This document shows positions 8,526 to 15,969 of a stretch of DNA of 32,000 nt, piece by piece. A program made the translations under genes and the position numbers. This DNA is from Vibrio cholerae ATCC 14035 (lineage in GTDB: Bacteria > Pseudomonadota > Gammaproteobacteria > Enterobacterales > Vibrionaceae). The stretch spans positions 210,001 to 242,000 of the forward strand of contig NZ_JHXR01000002.1 of NCBI RefSeq assembly GCF_000621645.1. Direction: 5' to 3'. Within the stretch, counting starts at the first letter, position 1. Each line of letters opens with the position of its first letter. Below the pieces are notes generated by a model. It did not search any database and was not told where the DNA came from. It saw nothing but the letters and a program-made list of their open reading frames with translations.

Positions 8526-9356
8526 ATGAGCGACTCAGCAGGCAAAATTAAAGAACAAGCAAAATTTCAGATTGCCGAAGAATTTGGCGGCCTTGAGCTG
8601 CTTGATGCGCAATACGAAACGCAGAATTTTTCTCGCCACAGCCATGAAGGGTATACCGTGGGTGTGATTGAGCGCGGTGCACAATCTTTCTACCGCACCG
8701 GCGGCAACCATATTGCGCCGCAAGACAGCATTATTTTGGTCAACGCCGATGAAGTGCATACCGGACACTCCGCCGTCGAAGGTGGTTGGGCGTACAAAGC
8801 CATGTACCCGCTGCCCGAGCAGTTTGCCACGGTTGCCAAAGAGATTGGCGCCAATACCGGAGCGCCTTATTTTCCACAAGCGGTGGTGTATGATCCCGAG
8901 CTCGCGAGCCAACTGCGCTTAGTGTTTGAAACCCTTGAGAAATCGACTAACCGCTTGCTACGTGAAACCCTGATTTACGCCAGCTTAGTCAAGTTGATGA
9001 CGCGCCACGGCCGCACTGCGCCAAAAACCGATCAACCGCTATCTGCACTGCGGCCATTGTTGCTAGTTAAAGAGTTTCTGGATGACTTTCCGCAGGCCGA
9101 TGTTTCACTCGAAGAACTGGCACAACTGGCGGGATTAAGTCCTTTTCATCTGGTGCGGACGTTTCAAAAACAGTTTGGTTTACCACCCCACGCTTATCAA
9201 ATCCAAGCCCGCTTGCGCCTCGCGAAAACCCTGTTAAAGCAAGGCGTGAGTATCTCAGAAACCGCGCAAGAGTGTGGCTTTCACGATCAAAGCCATCTGC
9301 ATCGCCACTTTAAAAAAGCGCTCGGCATCACTCCAAAACAGTACGCAAGACCTTAG
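8526..9356 (+). CDS. AraC-family transcriptional regulator with N-terminal cupin-type sensor domain
   Basis: The C-terminus carries a double HTH (LEELAQLAGLSPFHLVRTFQKQFGLPPHAYQ ... ETAQECGFHDQSHLHRHFKKALGITPKQY). ATG 8526 follows AAGGAAG (8515-8521). The GTG at 8523 in the ORF track is one codon upstream. Confidence 0.85.
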   Translation: MSDSAGKIKEQAKFQIAEEFGGLELLDAQYETQNFSRHSHEGYTVGVIERGAQSFYRTGGNHIAPQDSIILVNADEVHTGHSAVEGGWAYKAMYPLPEQFATVAKEIGANTGAPYFPQAVVYDPELASQLRLVFETLEKSTNRLLRETLIYASLVKLMTRHGRTAPKTDQPLSALRPLLLVKEFLDDFPQADVSLEELAQLAGLSPFHLVRTFQKQFGLPPHAYQIQARLRLAKTLLKQGVSISETAQECGFHDQSHLHRHFKKALGITPKQYARP

Positions 9357-9439
9357 ATAATTAGCACTCGTCACCTGAACGCTACCGCGCAAGATTATCC
9401 AAGCTTATCGGCTTATCCCTGTGTTCTGATAACCCAGAC

Positions 9440-9479
9440 GATACCCAAACCTCTTGGAGTTTCAGGTAGGAAGGGTATA
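9440..9479. repeat. 40-bp mini ERIC-like element (internally deleted copy)
   Basis: GATACCCAAACCTCTTGGAGTTTCAGGTAGGAAGGGTATA equals the left 31 nt of the 15369..15496 element with 4 mismatches, fused directly to its last 9 nt. The junction falls in a GTAGG pentamer that occurs at both 15395-15399 and 15483-15487 of the full copy. Confidence 0.7.
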
Positions 9480-9507
9480 AGGTTTTCTTCTATAAATTGG
9501 AAAGAGT

Positions 9508-10227
9508 ATGAATAGCCAAGTGTTAACCATTGATGATTCACCTACCCCCACCCGGCTGTTTTGGCAGGGCACAGTCGCTATGCTGCCGTTAAGCATTGCG
9601 GTGTTACCTTGGGGTTTATTAGCAGGATCGTTTGCGATTGAAGCGGGGTTGTCGGTAGTCGAAAGCCAAGCCCTATCCGCCGTGCTGTATGCTGGTGCAG
9701 CGCAACTGGTCGCCATTGGTATGTTTAAAACGGGGGCGGGGTTACTGAGTTTGTTGATAGCCACTTTTTTTATTACCTCACGCCATTTTCTGTACAGCGT
9801 ATCAATGCGCAGCAAAATCAGCCCATTACCCTTGCGCTGGCGGCTGACACTGGGCTTTTTGCTCACCGATGAGCTGTTTGCGATTTGCGGCGCGCAGTCT
9901 GACAAGCAGTTTAATCGCTGGTATGCGTTAGGCGCAGGGCTGAGTTTTTATCTGATTTGGAATTTAGCCAGCTTGGTCGGCATTGTCGCAGGCAGCTATC
10001 TGCCCGATCTCAATCAGTGGGGACTGGAATTCGCGGTCGCCGCCACTTTCATCGCGATTGTGATCCCGAATATCAAAAGCTGGCCTGTGCTGATTTCGGT
10101 ACTGACCGCCTTGGTGTTATCAGTATTACTCACCGTGATGGGGATTGAAGGCAGCCTAATGTTCGCCAGTATTGGCGCCATGCTCGCCGGCTACGGTACT
10201 GAACGTTTATTAGGAGCTCGCCCATGA
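9508..10227 (+). CDS. azlC: AzlC-family branched-chain amino-acid exporter subunit
   Basis: 239 aa membrane protein with an AzlC-like pattern (FWQGTVAMLPLSIAVLPWGLLAGSFAIEAGLS, YAGAAQLVAIGM). Its stop overlaps the next gene's start in ATGA (10224-10227). Confidence 0.8.
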   Translation: MNSQVLTIDDSPTPTRLFWQGTVAMLPLSIAVLPWGLLAGSFAIEAGLSVVESQALSAVLYAGAAQLVAIGMFKTGAGLLSLLIATFFITSRHFLYSVSMRSKISPLPLRWRLTLGFLLTDELFAICGAQSDKQFNRWYALGAGLSFYLIWNLASLVGIVAGSYLPDLNQWGLEFAVAATFIAIVIPNIKSWPVLISVLTALVLSVLLTVMGIEGSLMFASIGAMLAGYGTERLLGARP

Positions 10228-10541
10228 TCATGCTTTCGATATTCGCGATGACGGCACTGGTATTTCTCAGCCGTTATCTGTTTCTTGAACCTAAGCTGCC
10301 ACTGCGTTTGAGCCCCACGTTGCAACGCTTACTTAGCTACTCTGGGCCTGCGGTGCTCACCGCGATTTGGGCGCCAATTGTGTTTATGCCAGAAAAAACC
10401 TTGTGGCTAGAGTGGCACAACCCCTATCTTCTCGCCGCACTGCTTTCCGGTTTACTGGCTTGGTTAAGCAAAAATGTCCTGCTGACGACCGTCGTGGGGA
10501 TGGGGAGTTTCTTACTGCTCAAGCTGGTGGTATTGGCCTAA
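10224..10541 (+). CDS. azlD: AzlD-family exporter small subunit
   Basis: 105-aa hydrophobic protein translationally coupled to azlC through the ATGA overlap. This is the canonical azlCD arrangement. Confidence 0.75.
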   Translation: MIMLSIFAMTALVFLSRYLFLEPKLPLRLSPTLQRLLSYSGPAVLTAIWAPIVFMPEKTLWLEWHNPYLLAALLSGLLAWLSKNVLLTTVVGMGSFLLLKLVVLA

Positions 10542-10560
10542 GCCCGTAAGAAACGGGCTT
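10540..10560. terminator. hairpin between convergent azlD and FAH genes (weak terminator candidate)
   Basis: Stem AAGCCCGT (10540-10547) / ACGGGCTT (10553-10560). There is no clear U-tract on either side. Confidence 0.35.
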
Positions 10561-10592
10561 AGTGTATGTTGGGAGAGAGGGTGAAAGTTCGG

Positions 10593-11207
10593 TTATTCAG
10601 CCAACCATTCCACTTCAATCAAGGTCTGTTCACCACATTTCAGGCGGCCCACAAAACGGTCGCCTTGATGTACTTCTCCAACGCCTTGTGGTGTACCAGT
10701 CATCACCACATCACCATCTTCCAAAGTCAGATAGCTTTTGAGCTCTTGCAATACCGCTTGAGGCGAGTAAAGCATTTGGCTGACATGGCCTTTTTGCACC
10801 CGCACACTGTTGATCAGCAGTTCCAAATTGAGATCGTCGGCATCCAACCCGTCAAGCGCAACAAATCGGCTCAATACGGCTGCGCCATCAAACGCTTTAG
10901 CGCGCTCCCAAGGCAAGCCTTTGGACTTGAGATAACTCTGCATTTGGCGCTTGGTCAAATCTAGGCCAATTCCCACCGCGACATATTGTCCCTTTTCGAC
11001 CAGAAAACAGATCTCTGCTTCATAATGCAAAGGCTCTTGATGGAAGGCGCGCAGCTGCGATGTAACCGCTGATGAAGGCTTATGAAACAGCACCATCTGT
11101 TCTGGAATGCTATTGTGCAGTTCCTGAATATGCTCAACATAGTTACGCCCGACACACAGCACTTTACCGACAGATAGGTTTCGGTTGGCAAATTGGATAT
11201 GACTCAT
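10593..11207 (-). CDS. fumarylacetoacetate hydrolase (FAH) family protein (YcgM/FAHD-like)
   Basis: FAH-family pattern is present (KVLCVGRNYVEHIQEL, HYEAEICFLV, GDVVMTGTPQGVG). The preferred start is ATG at 11207 (MSHIQF...), preceded by GGAAGAGAG. The ORF track extends to 11228. Confidence 0.75.
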   Translation of the reverse strand: MSHIQFANRNLSVGKVLCVGRNYVEHIQELHNSIPEQMVLFHKPSSAVTSQLRAFHQEPLHYEAEICFLVEKGQYVAVGIGLDLTKRQMQSYLKSKGLPWERAKAFDGAAVLSRFVALDGLDADDLNLELLINSVRVQKGHVSQMLYSPQAVLQELKSYLTLEDGDVVMTGTPQGVGEVHQGDRFVGRLKCGEQTLIEVEWLAE

Positions 11208-11322
11208 CTCTCTTCCTTGACCAGACACAAAGCCGCGATTCTAAACTAACCGCTGATAAACTACTCAGAAATCAATCACACAATGATGGAAAATGCGTAC
11301 TTCAGCCCATTCATTGCCAAAC

Positions 11323-11781
11323 TCAGTCGAGAGTATGGAGAATTTTCTCGCACAGCGTTTTTAGGCTAATCAGCTCCTCTAAGCTGAGATCAAATTTACA
11401 CAGCATTTCATTCGGTACTGAACGAGCCTGTTCTTGCAACGCAAAACCCGCTGGCGTCAAAAATAGCTCACGAACTCGTTCATCACTGCTGCTGCGTCGC
11501 CGTTCCACAATTCCTTTCGCTTCCAATCTTTTCAGTAGTGGAGTCAACGTGCCGGAATCCAAATGCAGCTTAATACCGAGATCTTTCACATTTATCCCGT
11601 TTTGCTGCCACAGCACCAGCAGCACCAGATATTGCGAATAAGTGATATCCAGTTGTTCAAGCAGCGGACGATAAGCACGGATCACCGCATTCGATGCACT
11701 GTAGAGTGGAAAACAGACCTGATTTTCCAGAAGTAATGGATCATGAGTCGGCGTTTGGCAGCTCACTTGTGGAGAAGGCAT
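11323..11781 (-). CDS. ohrR: MarR-family organic hydroperoxide resistance regulator OhrR
   Basis: 152 aa with a MarR winged helix. The conserved sensing Cys sits in the N-terminal LLLENQVCFPLY motif. The gene is divergent from ohr, and GAGGA precedes the ATG. Confidence 0.85.
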   Translation of the reverse strand: MPSPQVSCQTPTHDPLLLENQVCFPLYSASNAVIRAYRPLLEQLDITYSQYLVLLVLWQQNGINVKDLGIKLHLDSGTLTPLLKRLEAKGIVERRRSSSDERVRELFLTPAGFALQEQARSVPNEMLCKFDLSLEELISLKTLCEKILHTLD

Positions 11782-11817
11782 GATGTATCCTCAAAAAATA
11801 AATTGCACACAATATAC

Positions 11818-11845
11818 TTGCAAACAACAAAAGACTCGATATAAG
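11818..11845 (+). promoter_or_regulatory. candidate sigma70 promoter of ohr
   Basis: TTGCAA (11818-11823), a 16-nt spacer, then TATAAG (11840-11845). The predicted start site is immediately followed by the CAATT-A-AATTG dyad. Confidence 0.45.
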
Positions 11846-11852
11846 ATTGCAA

Positions 11853-11865
11853 GCAATTAAATTGC
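11853..11865. promoter_or_regulatory. candidate OhrR operator (GCAATT-A-AATTGC dyad)
   Basis: A perfect 6-1-6 dyad contains the AT-rich CAATT/AATTG core known from OhrR boxes in other bacteria. It is embedded in a 14-bp perfect direct repeat, TAAATTGCACACAA, found at 11799-11812 and 11858-11871. Confidence 0.5.
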
Positions 11866-11892
11866 ACACAACTTAAATTGAGGAATAAAAAC

Positions 11893-12315
11893 ATGAGTAC
11901 GATTTATCAAACTTCCGCGACCGCTTCTGCAGGACGCAATGGAGTAGTCAGCACCGAAGACAAACTGCTTGAGCTCAATCTCAGCTACCCAAAAGAGATG
12001 GGTGGAAGCGGTACGGCAACCAACCCAGAGCAACTGTTTGCAGTCGGCTATGCTGCTTGCTTTTCGAACGCGATTCTGCACGTCGCTCGTGAAGCAAAAG
12101 TCGCCTTAAAAGAAGCGCCTGTGACCGCCACTGTCGGTATCGGACCCAACGGTCAAGGCGGCTTTGCGCTAAGTGTCGCCCTCGCCGCACACATCGCTTT
12201 AGAAGATGAACAAGCCAGACAGTTGGTGACCGTTGCCCATCAAGTCTGTCCTTACTCCAATGCGGTGCGTGGCAACATTGATGTGCAAGTCAGCGTCAAT
12301 GGCTTAGCCCTGTAA
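11893..12315 (+). CDS. ohr: organic hydroperoxide resistance protein Ohr (OsmC/Ohr family)
   Basis: 140 aa from ATG 11893, with GAGGA at 11879-11883. Both conserved Ohr cysteines are in context (AVGYAACFSNA and VCPYSNA). The ORF-track start at 11878 is TTG. Confidence 0.9.
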   Translation: MSTIYQTSATASAGRNGVVSTEDKLLELNLSYPKEMGGSGTATNPEQLFAVGYAACFSNAILHVAREAKVALKEAPVTATVGIGPNGQGGFALSVALAAHIALEDEQARQLVTVAHQVCPYSNAVRGNIDVQVSVNGLAL

Positions 12316-12417
12316 TTTCGATTCCTCATCACTCACCACGGCGAAGCGCTTTTTTCACTCTAGAGAGCATACTTGAAAGCTCAACAGGAGGTACGTGCTC
12401 CGCCGTGTGATTAAGGC

Positions 12418-12446
12418 CTGTCATCATTTTTCCTTATCTCTGCCAT
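12418..12446 (+). promoter_or_regulatory. candidate Pho box(es) upstream of the porin gene
   Basis: The sequence is CTGTCAT-catt-TTTCCTT-atct-CTGCCAT, with 7-bp units in 11-bp phase. The outer units match the PhoB half-site CTGTCAT at 7/7 and 6/7. A CATAAA -10-like hexamer lies at 12455-12460, and the start codon is 125 nt downstream. Confidence 0.4.
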
Positions 12447-12570
12447 CCCCGCGCCATAAAAATTCAATCAAAACGTCACCAAATAGAAACGCATTATTCA
12501 TTTTCAATCAGTACCTTAGCGGCATCACAAGTCGGGCAGTAAAGCCCAATCAAACTAATAGGGTAGAAAA

Positions 12571-13566
12571 ATGAAAAAAGCAGCAATCGCAGTAGCAGTT
12601 CTTTCCGCAGTGGTATCTGGCTCAACCTTAGCCGCAACCGTTTATGATGCAGAAGGCACTTCACTCAAAGTGGGGGGTCGTCTGGAGTTCCGTGGTGATT
12701 TCAATGGCAACGATAAGGGCGAAGAAATTGAAGGCACAATGCTCAACAAGAGCCGTGTGCGTTTGAATGTGGCAGGTGAAACCGACATTGGTGCTGGCAT
12801 GAAAGGCTTTGGCTTCTGGGAAGCAGAGCAAGGCGTAAAATCGTCCGCAGGAACGTCAACAGAGCAAGAAACGACGTTCAAACAACGTTATATGTACGTG
12901 GGTATGAAAGGCGATTTTGGTAGCCTCTCCTTTGGCCGCCAAAACACCGCTGGCGTGCAAATTTCTGACATGTCTGATATCGGTACCTTTACTGGCGATC
13001 AAAAAGCCTTCGTCAGTGCAGGTAACGAGCAGATCAACAACACTATCGCGTATGGTTATGACTTCGAAAGCTTCAAGCTAAAAGCAAGCTACATTGCTGA
13101 TGATCAGAAAAATGCTGATGGCTATGGCCTGTCAGGCATCTACTCAGCGCCATTTGGTTTGGATATCGGTTTAGGTTATGCCGCGAATGATCTGGGTACA
13201 GATAAAGGTTCAGCGGATCAAATCATTGCGGGTTTGGGTTACACCATGGGTGACCTCTACTTCGGGGCCACTTACACCACGGGTGATAAAGATGACAAAG
13301 CAGACACGGAATTTACCGGTATCGAAGTCTCTGCACAGTACAAAATCACCAAAGAATTTCGCCTGATCGCGGCTTACCAAAACCAAGAAGAAGAGACCAA
13401 GAATGTCACTAAAGACAAAGCGGATTTCTTTGAACTCACTGGTCGCTACGATTTCACGAAAAACTTCCGCTCTTACCTCGCTTACAAAGCGAACGGACTG
13501 GATGACAAAGACGCAGGCTACAAAGTCGAAGACACCATCCGCCTAGGTCTACGTTACGATTTTTAA
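12571..13566 (+). CDS. general-diffusion outer-membrane porin (OmpU/PhoE-like)
   Basis: The signal peptide MKKAAIAVAVLSAVVSGSTLA/A is followed by alternating beta-strand pattern and the porin C-terminal signature LGLRYDF. From memory, this resembles the V. cholerae porin described as a putative phosphoporin. Confidence 0.85.
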   Translation: MKKAAIAVAVLSAVVSGSTLAATVYDAEGTSLKVGGRLEFRGDFNGNDKGEEIEGTMLNKSRVRLNVAGETDIGAGMKGFGFWEAEQGVKSSAGTSTEQETTFKQRYMYVGMKGDFGSLSFGRQNTAGVQISDMSDIGTFTGDQKAFVSAGNEQINNTIAYGYDFESFKLKASYIADDQKNADGYGLSGIYSAPFGLDIGLGYAANDLGTDKGSADQIIAGLGYTMGDLYFGATYTTGDKDDKADTEFTGIEVSAQYKITKEFRLIAAYQNQEEETKNVTKDKADFFELTGRYDFTKNFRSYLAYKANGLDDKDAGYKVEDTIRLGLRYDF

Positions 13567-13603
13567 TCACACTGCCTTAAACTCCTGAATATTGTCCTTC
13601 TTT

Positions 13604-13630
13604 GGCCAAGCGATTGCTTGGCCTTTTTTG
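13604..13630 (+). terminator. rho-independent terminator after the porin gene
   Basis: Stem GGCCAAGC (13604-13611) / GCTTGGCC (13616-13623) followed by TTTTTT. Confidence 0.8.
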
Positions 13631-13726
13631 TTGCAGAATTTCGAACGTCATGAGCAACCACAGCGATTGGTTTTCTCACTATTACCACGTATGATTCAGC
13701 CCACTTTTTGACTACCTCTTTGATTC

Positions 13727-14623
13727 ATGAGCATTAAACATCACCCATTGCAAGGTGCGCTTTGGATGCTGACGGCTGGCCTCGCGTTCGCCATCGTCAA
13801 TAGCGTCGCACAATACGCCAGCATTCAATTTGGCCTTCCTTCCACCACCGTTGCCTTAGTGCAGTACGCGATTGCGATTGTGGTTATCCTGCCTTATCTC
13901 AAAACCTTGGGCATTCGTCAGTCGCTGCGGACTCAGCAGTTTGGCTGGCATCTCCTGCGCGTCTTTCTGGCCGTGATTGGCATTCAGCTCTGGTTGTGGG
14001 CTCTCGCGTATCCGGTGCCGATTTGGCAAGGTATTGCGCTACTGATGACTTCTCCCCTTTTTGCCACCATTGGCTCTGGCCTATGGCTACGCGAAAAAGT
14101 GGGCATGGCGCGCTGGGTAGCTACCCTCACCGGATTTATCGGTGCGATGATCATCCTCGAGCCTTGGGCGGATGATTTTAATCTCGCTTCATTGCTCCCT
14201 GTCGGCGCAGCCTTTTTCTGGGCGAGTTACTCCTTGATGGTGAAAAAACTCTCCTCTCACGACTCGCCGTCCACCATGGTGGTCTATTTACTGCTGCTGA
14301 TCACCCCGTTTAACTTATTGCTGGCGCTACCCGATTGGCAGATGCCAAACGGACAAACCGTATGGCTGCTACTGATTGGTGCTGGGGTAATGACAGCGCT
14401 TGCTCAATGGGCGATAGCCAAAGCGTATGCGGTAGCAGATGCTTCCTTTGTCCAGCCGTTTGATCACGCCAAGCTTCCCTTAAACGTGCTGGCTGGCTGG
14501 TTAGTGTTTGGTTGGGTACCACCGGGCAGACTCTGGCTAGGCGCAGCAATTATCGTGTTATCTGTCGCGTTCATTACTCAATGGGAAACAAAAAAATCAC
14601 GGCGTGAAAGAAACATCGCCTAA
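13727..14623 (+). CDS. EamA/DMT-superfamily transporter
   Basis: 298 aa with about 10 predicted TM segments in two similar halves, typical of EamA-domain permeases. Confidence 0.75.
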   Translation: MSIKHHPLQGALWMLTAGLAFAIVNSVAQYASIQFGLPSTTVALVQYAIAIVVILPYLKTLGIRQSLRTQQFGWHLLRVFLAVIGIQLWLWALAYPVPIWQGIALLMTSPLFATIGSGLWLREKVGMARWVATLTGFIGAMIILEPWADDFNLASLLPVGAAFFWASYSLMVKKLSSHDSPSTMVVYLLLLITPFNLLLALPDWQMPNGQTVWLLLIGAGVMTALAQWAIAKAYAVADASFVQPFDHAKLPLNVLAGWLVFGWVPPGRLWLGAAIIVLSVAFITQWETKKSRRERNIA

Positions 14624-14670
14624 AACCTTTCCTATCTTTTAACAGAAAGATGCGTATAAGGAACCACTTG

Positions 14671-15288
14671 ATGACAACACCGATCAAAGTCACTCTCTAC
14701 CGTTGGGCAGGCCATTTTGGCCCTTTTAAAGTCAACATTCCTTGCGGAGAATGTACACTCACCAAAGATATTTTGGCCGATACCTTTGCCAATGAATTGG
14801 CTGGCGTGCCGATTGAATTAGAGGTGAAAGATTGGCTTAGCTACTGGTGGGAACCTTTAAAGCTTGGTGCATGGCATGCGCCGATTGTGGTCGTAGCAGG
14901 CAAAGTGATCAGCCAAGGAGAAGCCCTCAACCGCGGTGTATTGGTGCAATCCATCATCAAAGAGTGGACTAAACAAGACACGTTACAAGGCAATATTGTG
15001 TTTGGCAAAGCCACCTGCCCTTACTGCGTGAAAGCCAAGCAGTTGCTTGATACTGCAGGAATCGACTATCGCTACCACGATGTAGTGAAAGAGAGTGCTG
15101 CGCTATACCGAATGATCCCAGAAGTCAAAGCGATCATCGGAGAAAAAACACCCGTCACGGTACCGCAGATCTGGTTAAATGGTCAGTATATTGGGGGCTG
15201 TGATGCGTTGGAAAAATGGCTGCAAAATAACCCGCATGCGCTACCTAATAACGTGGTAGAAATCGAAACTACGCGTGTAGCTCCGTAA
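14671..15288 (+). CDS. two-domain thioredoxin-fold protein: N-terminal CGEC domain plus C-terminal classical glutaredoxin (CPYC)
   Basis: The C-terminal half has full Grx signatures (GKATCPYCVKAKQLL, TVPQIWLNGQYIGGCDALE). The N-terminal half has a second CxxC (IPCGEC) and a cis-Pro-like HAPIVVV. ATG 14671 follows AAGGA (14658-14662); the ORF-track ATG at 14650 is an alternative. Confidence 0.8.
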   Translation: MTTPIKVTLYRWAGHFGPFKVNIPCGECTLTKDILADTFANELAGVPIELEVKDWLSYWWEPLKLGAWHAPIVVVAGKVISQGEALNRGVLVQSIIKEWTKQDTLQGNIVFGKATCPYCVKAKQLLDTAGIDYRYHDVVKESAALYRMIPEVKAIIGEKTPVTVPQIWLNGQYIGGCDALEKWLQNNPHALPNNVVEIETTRVAP

Positions 15289-15324
15289 TTCAAATTGTTT
15301 GAGCATCGCCAAGATCAGCAAAAA

Positions 15325-15356
15325 AGGCCTCGCACAGTACGAGGCCTTTTCTATTT
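15325..15356 (+). terminator. rho-independent terminator after the glutaredoxin-like gene
   Basis: Stem AGGCCTCG (15325-15332) / CGAGGCCT (15340-15347) followed by TTTTCTATTTT. The ERIC-like element begins 13 nt later. Confidence 0.75.
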
Positions 15357-15368
15357 TAGCGAGGAGAT

Positions 15369-15496
15369 TATACCCAAACTACTTGGAGTTGCAGGTAGGC
15401 GGCAAGTGAGTTCATCCCCATGAGCATAGATACACTATGTGATTGGGGTGAACGAACGTAGCCAACACCGCTGCAGCTTAAAGTAGGAAGGGTATA
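15369..15496. repeat. full-length ERIC/IRU-like imperfect palindromic repeat (128 bp, MITE-like)
   Basis: The termini are inverted (TATACCC ... GGGTATA). The central portion, GGCGGCAAGTGAGTTCATCCCCATGAGCATAGATACACTATGTGATTGGGGTGAACGAACG, resembles the enterobacterial ERIC core around the ERIC1R/ERIC2 primer sites as I recall it. It sits between convergent genes, just after a terminator. Confidence 0.7.
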
Positions 15497-15501
15497 GCTG
15501 A

Positions 15502-15969
15502 TTATAAAAACAGGTTCATCACCCACATCGCACCAAATGCGTTCAATACTGAAATACCAATCATCACTGGGATGTAGCGCCCTTCAGTACCAATCGGGCC
15601 AAGAATACGGCCGATGTATTGCACTTGTGAACCCATCAAATAGATAGCGGGAGCCAAAATCGCGATGTGCGTACCGTTCAAAATCCCTTGGTCAAACAAG
15701 GTGATCACCACACCCACAGCGCCGCCCATCGACATCCATGCACCAATCAACACCGCAGCCGCTTCACCCGGCAATCCAAAGACCGCCATCACAGGAGAAA
15801 ATACTGTCCCCATCAGATCTAACGCGCCAGTAATTTGCAACGCTTTGATGATCACAAACGCCATCAATACATTGGGTACAGTAGACGTCGTCGCAATTAC
15901 CCAGCCTTTCTTCGCCCCTTCGACAAAAATATCCGTCACCATTGGCTTTTTCATATTGACGTTACTCAT
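15502..15969 (-). CDS. yjiG: YjiG-like inner-membrane protein (nucleoside-recognition/Gate domain)
   Basis: 155 aa, nearly colinear with E. coli YjiG as I recall it (PNVLMAFVIIKALQITG, GLPGEAAAVL, MSMGGAVGV). Its start overlaps the upstream stop in ATGA (15966-15969). Confidence 0.7.
   Translation of the reverse strand: MSNVNMKKPMVTDIFVEGAKKGWVIATTSTVPNVLMAFVIIKALQITGALDLMGTVFSPVMAVFGLPGEAAAVLIGAWMSMGGAVGVVITLFDQGILNGTHIAILAPAIYLMGSQVQYIGRILGPIGTEGRYIPVMIGISVLNAFGAMWVMNLFL

Noticed and set aside
9462-9905. Minus-strand 147-aa ORF overlapping the azlC start and the mini ERIC element
   Set aside because: It is antisense to a well-supported azlC gene, its translation is not protein-like, and it runs through a repeat element.
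10566-11641. Plus-strand ORFs 10566..10964 and 11072..11641, and minus-strand ORF 10961..11191
   Set aside because: They overlap the FAH and ohrR genes on the wrong strand or frame. No RBS or family signal is present.
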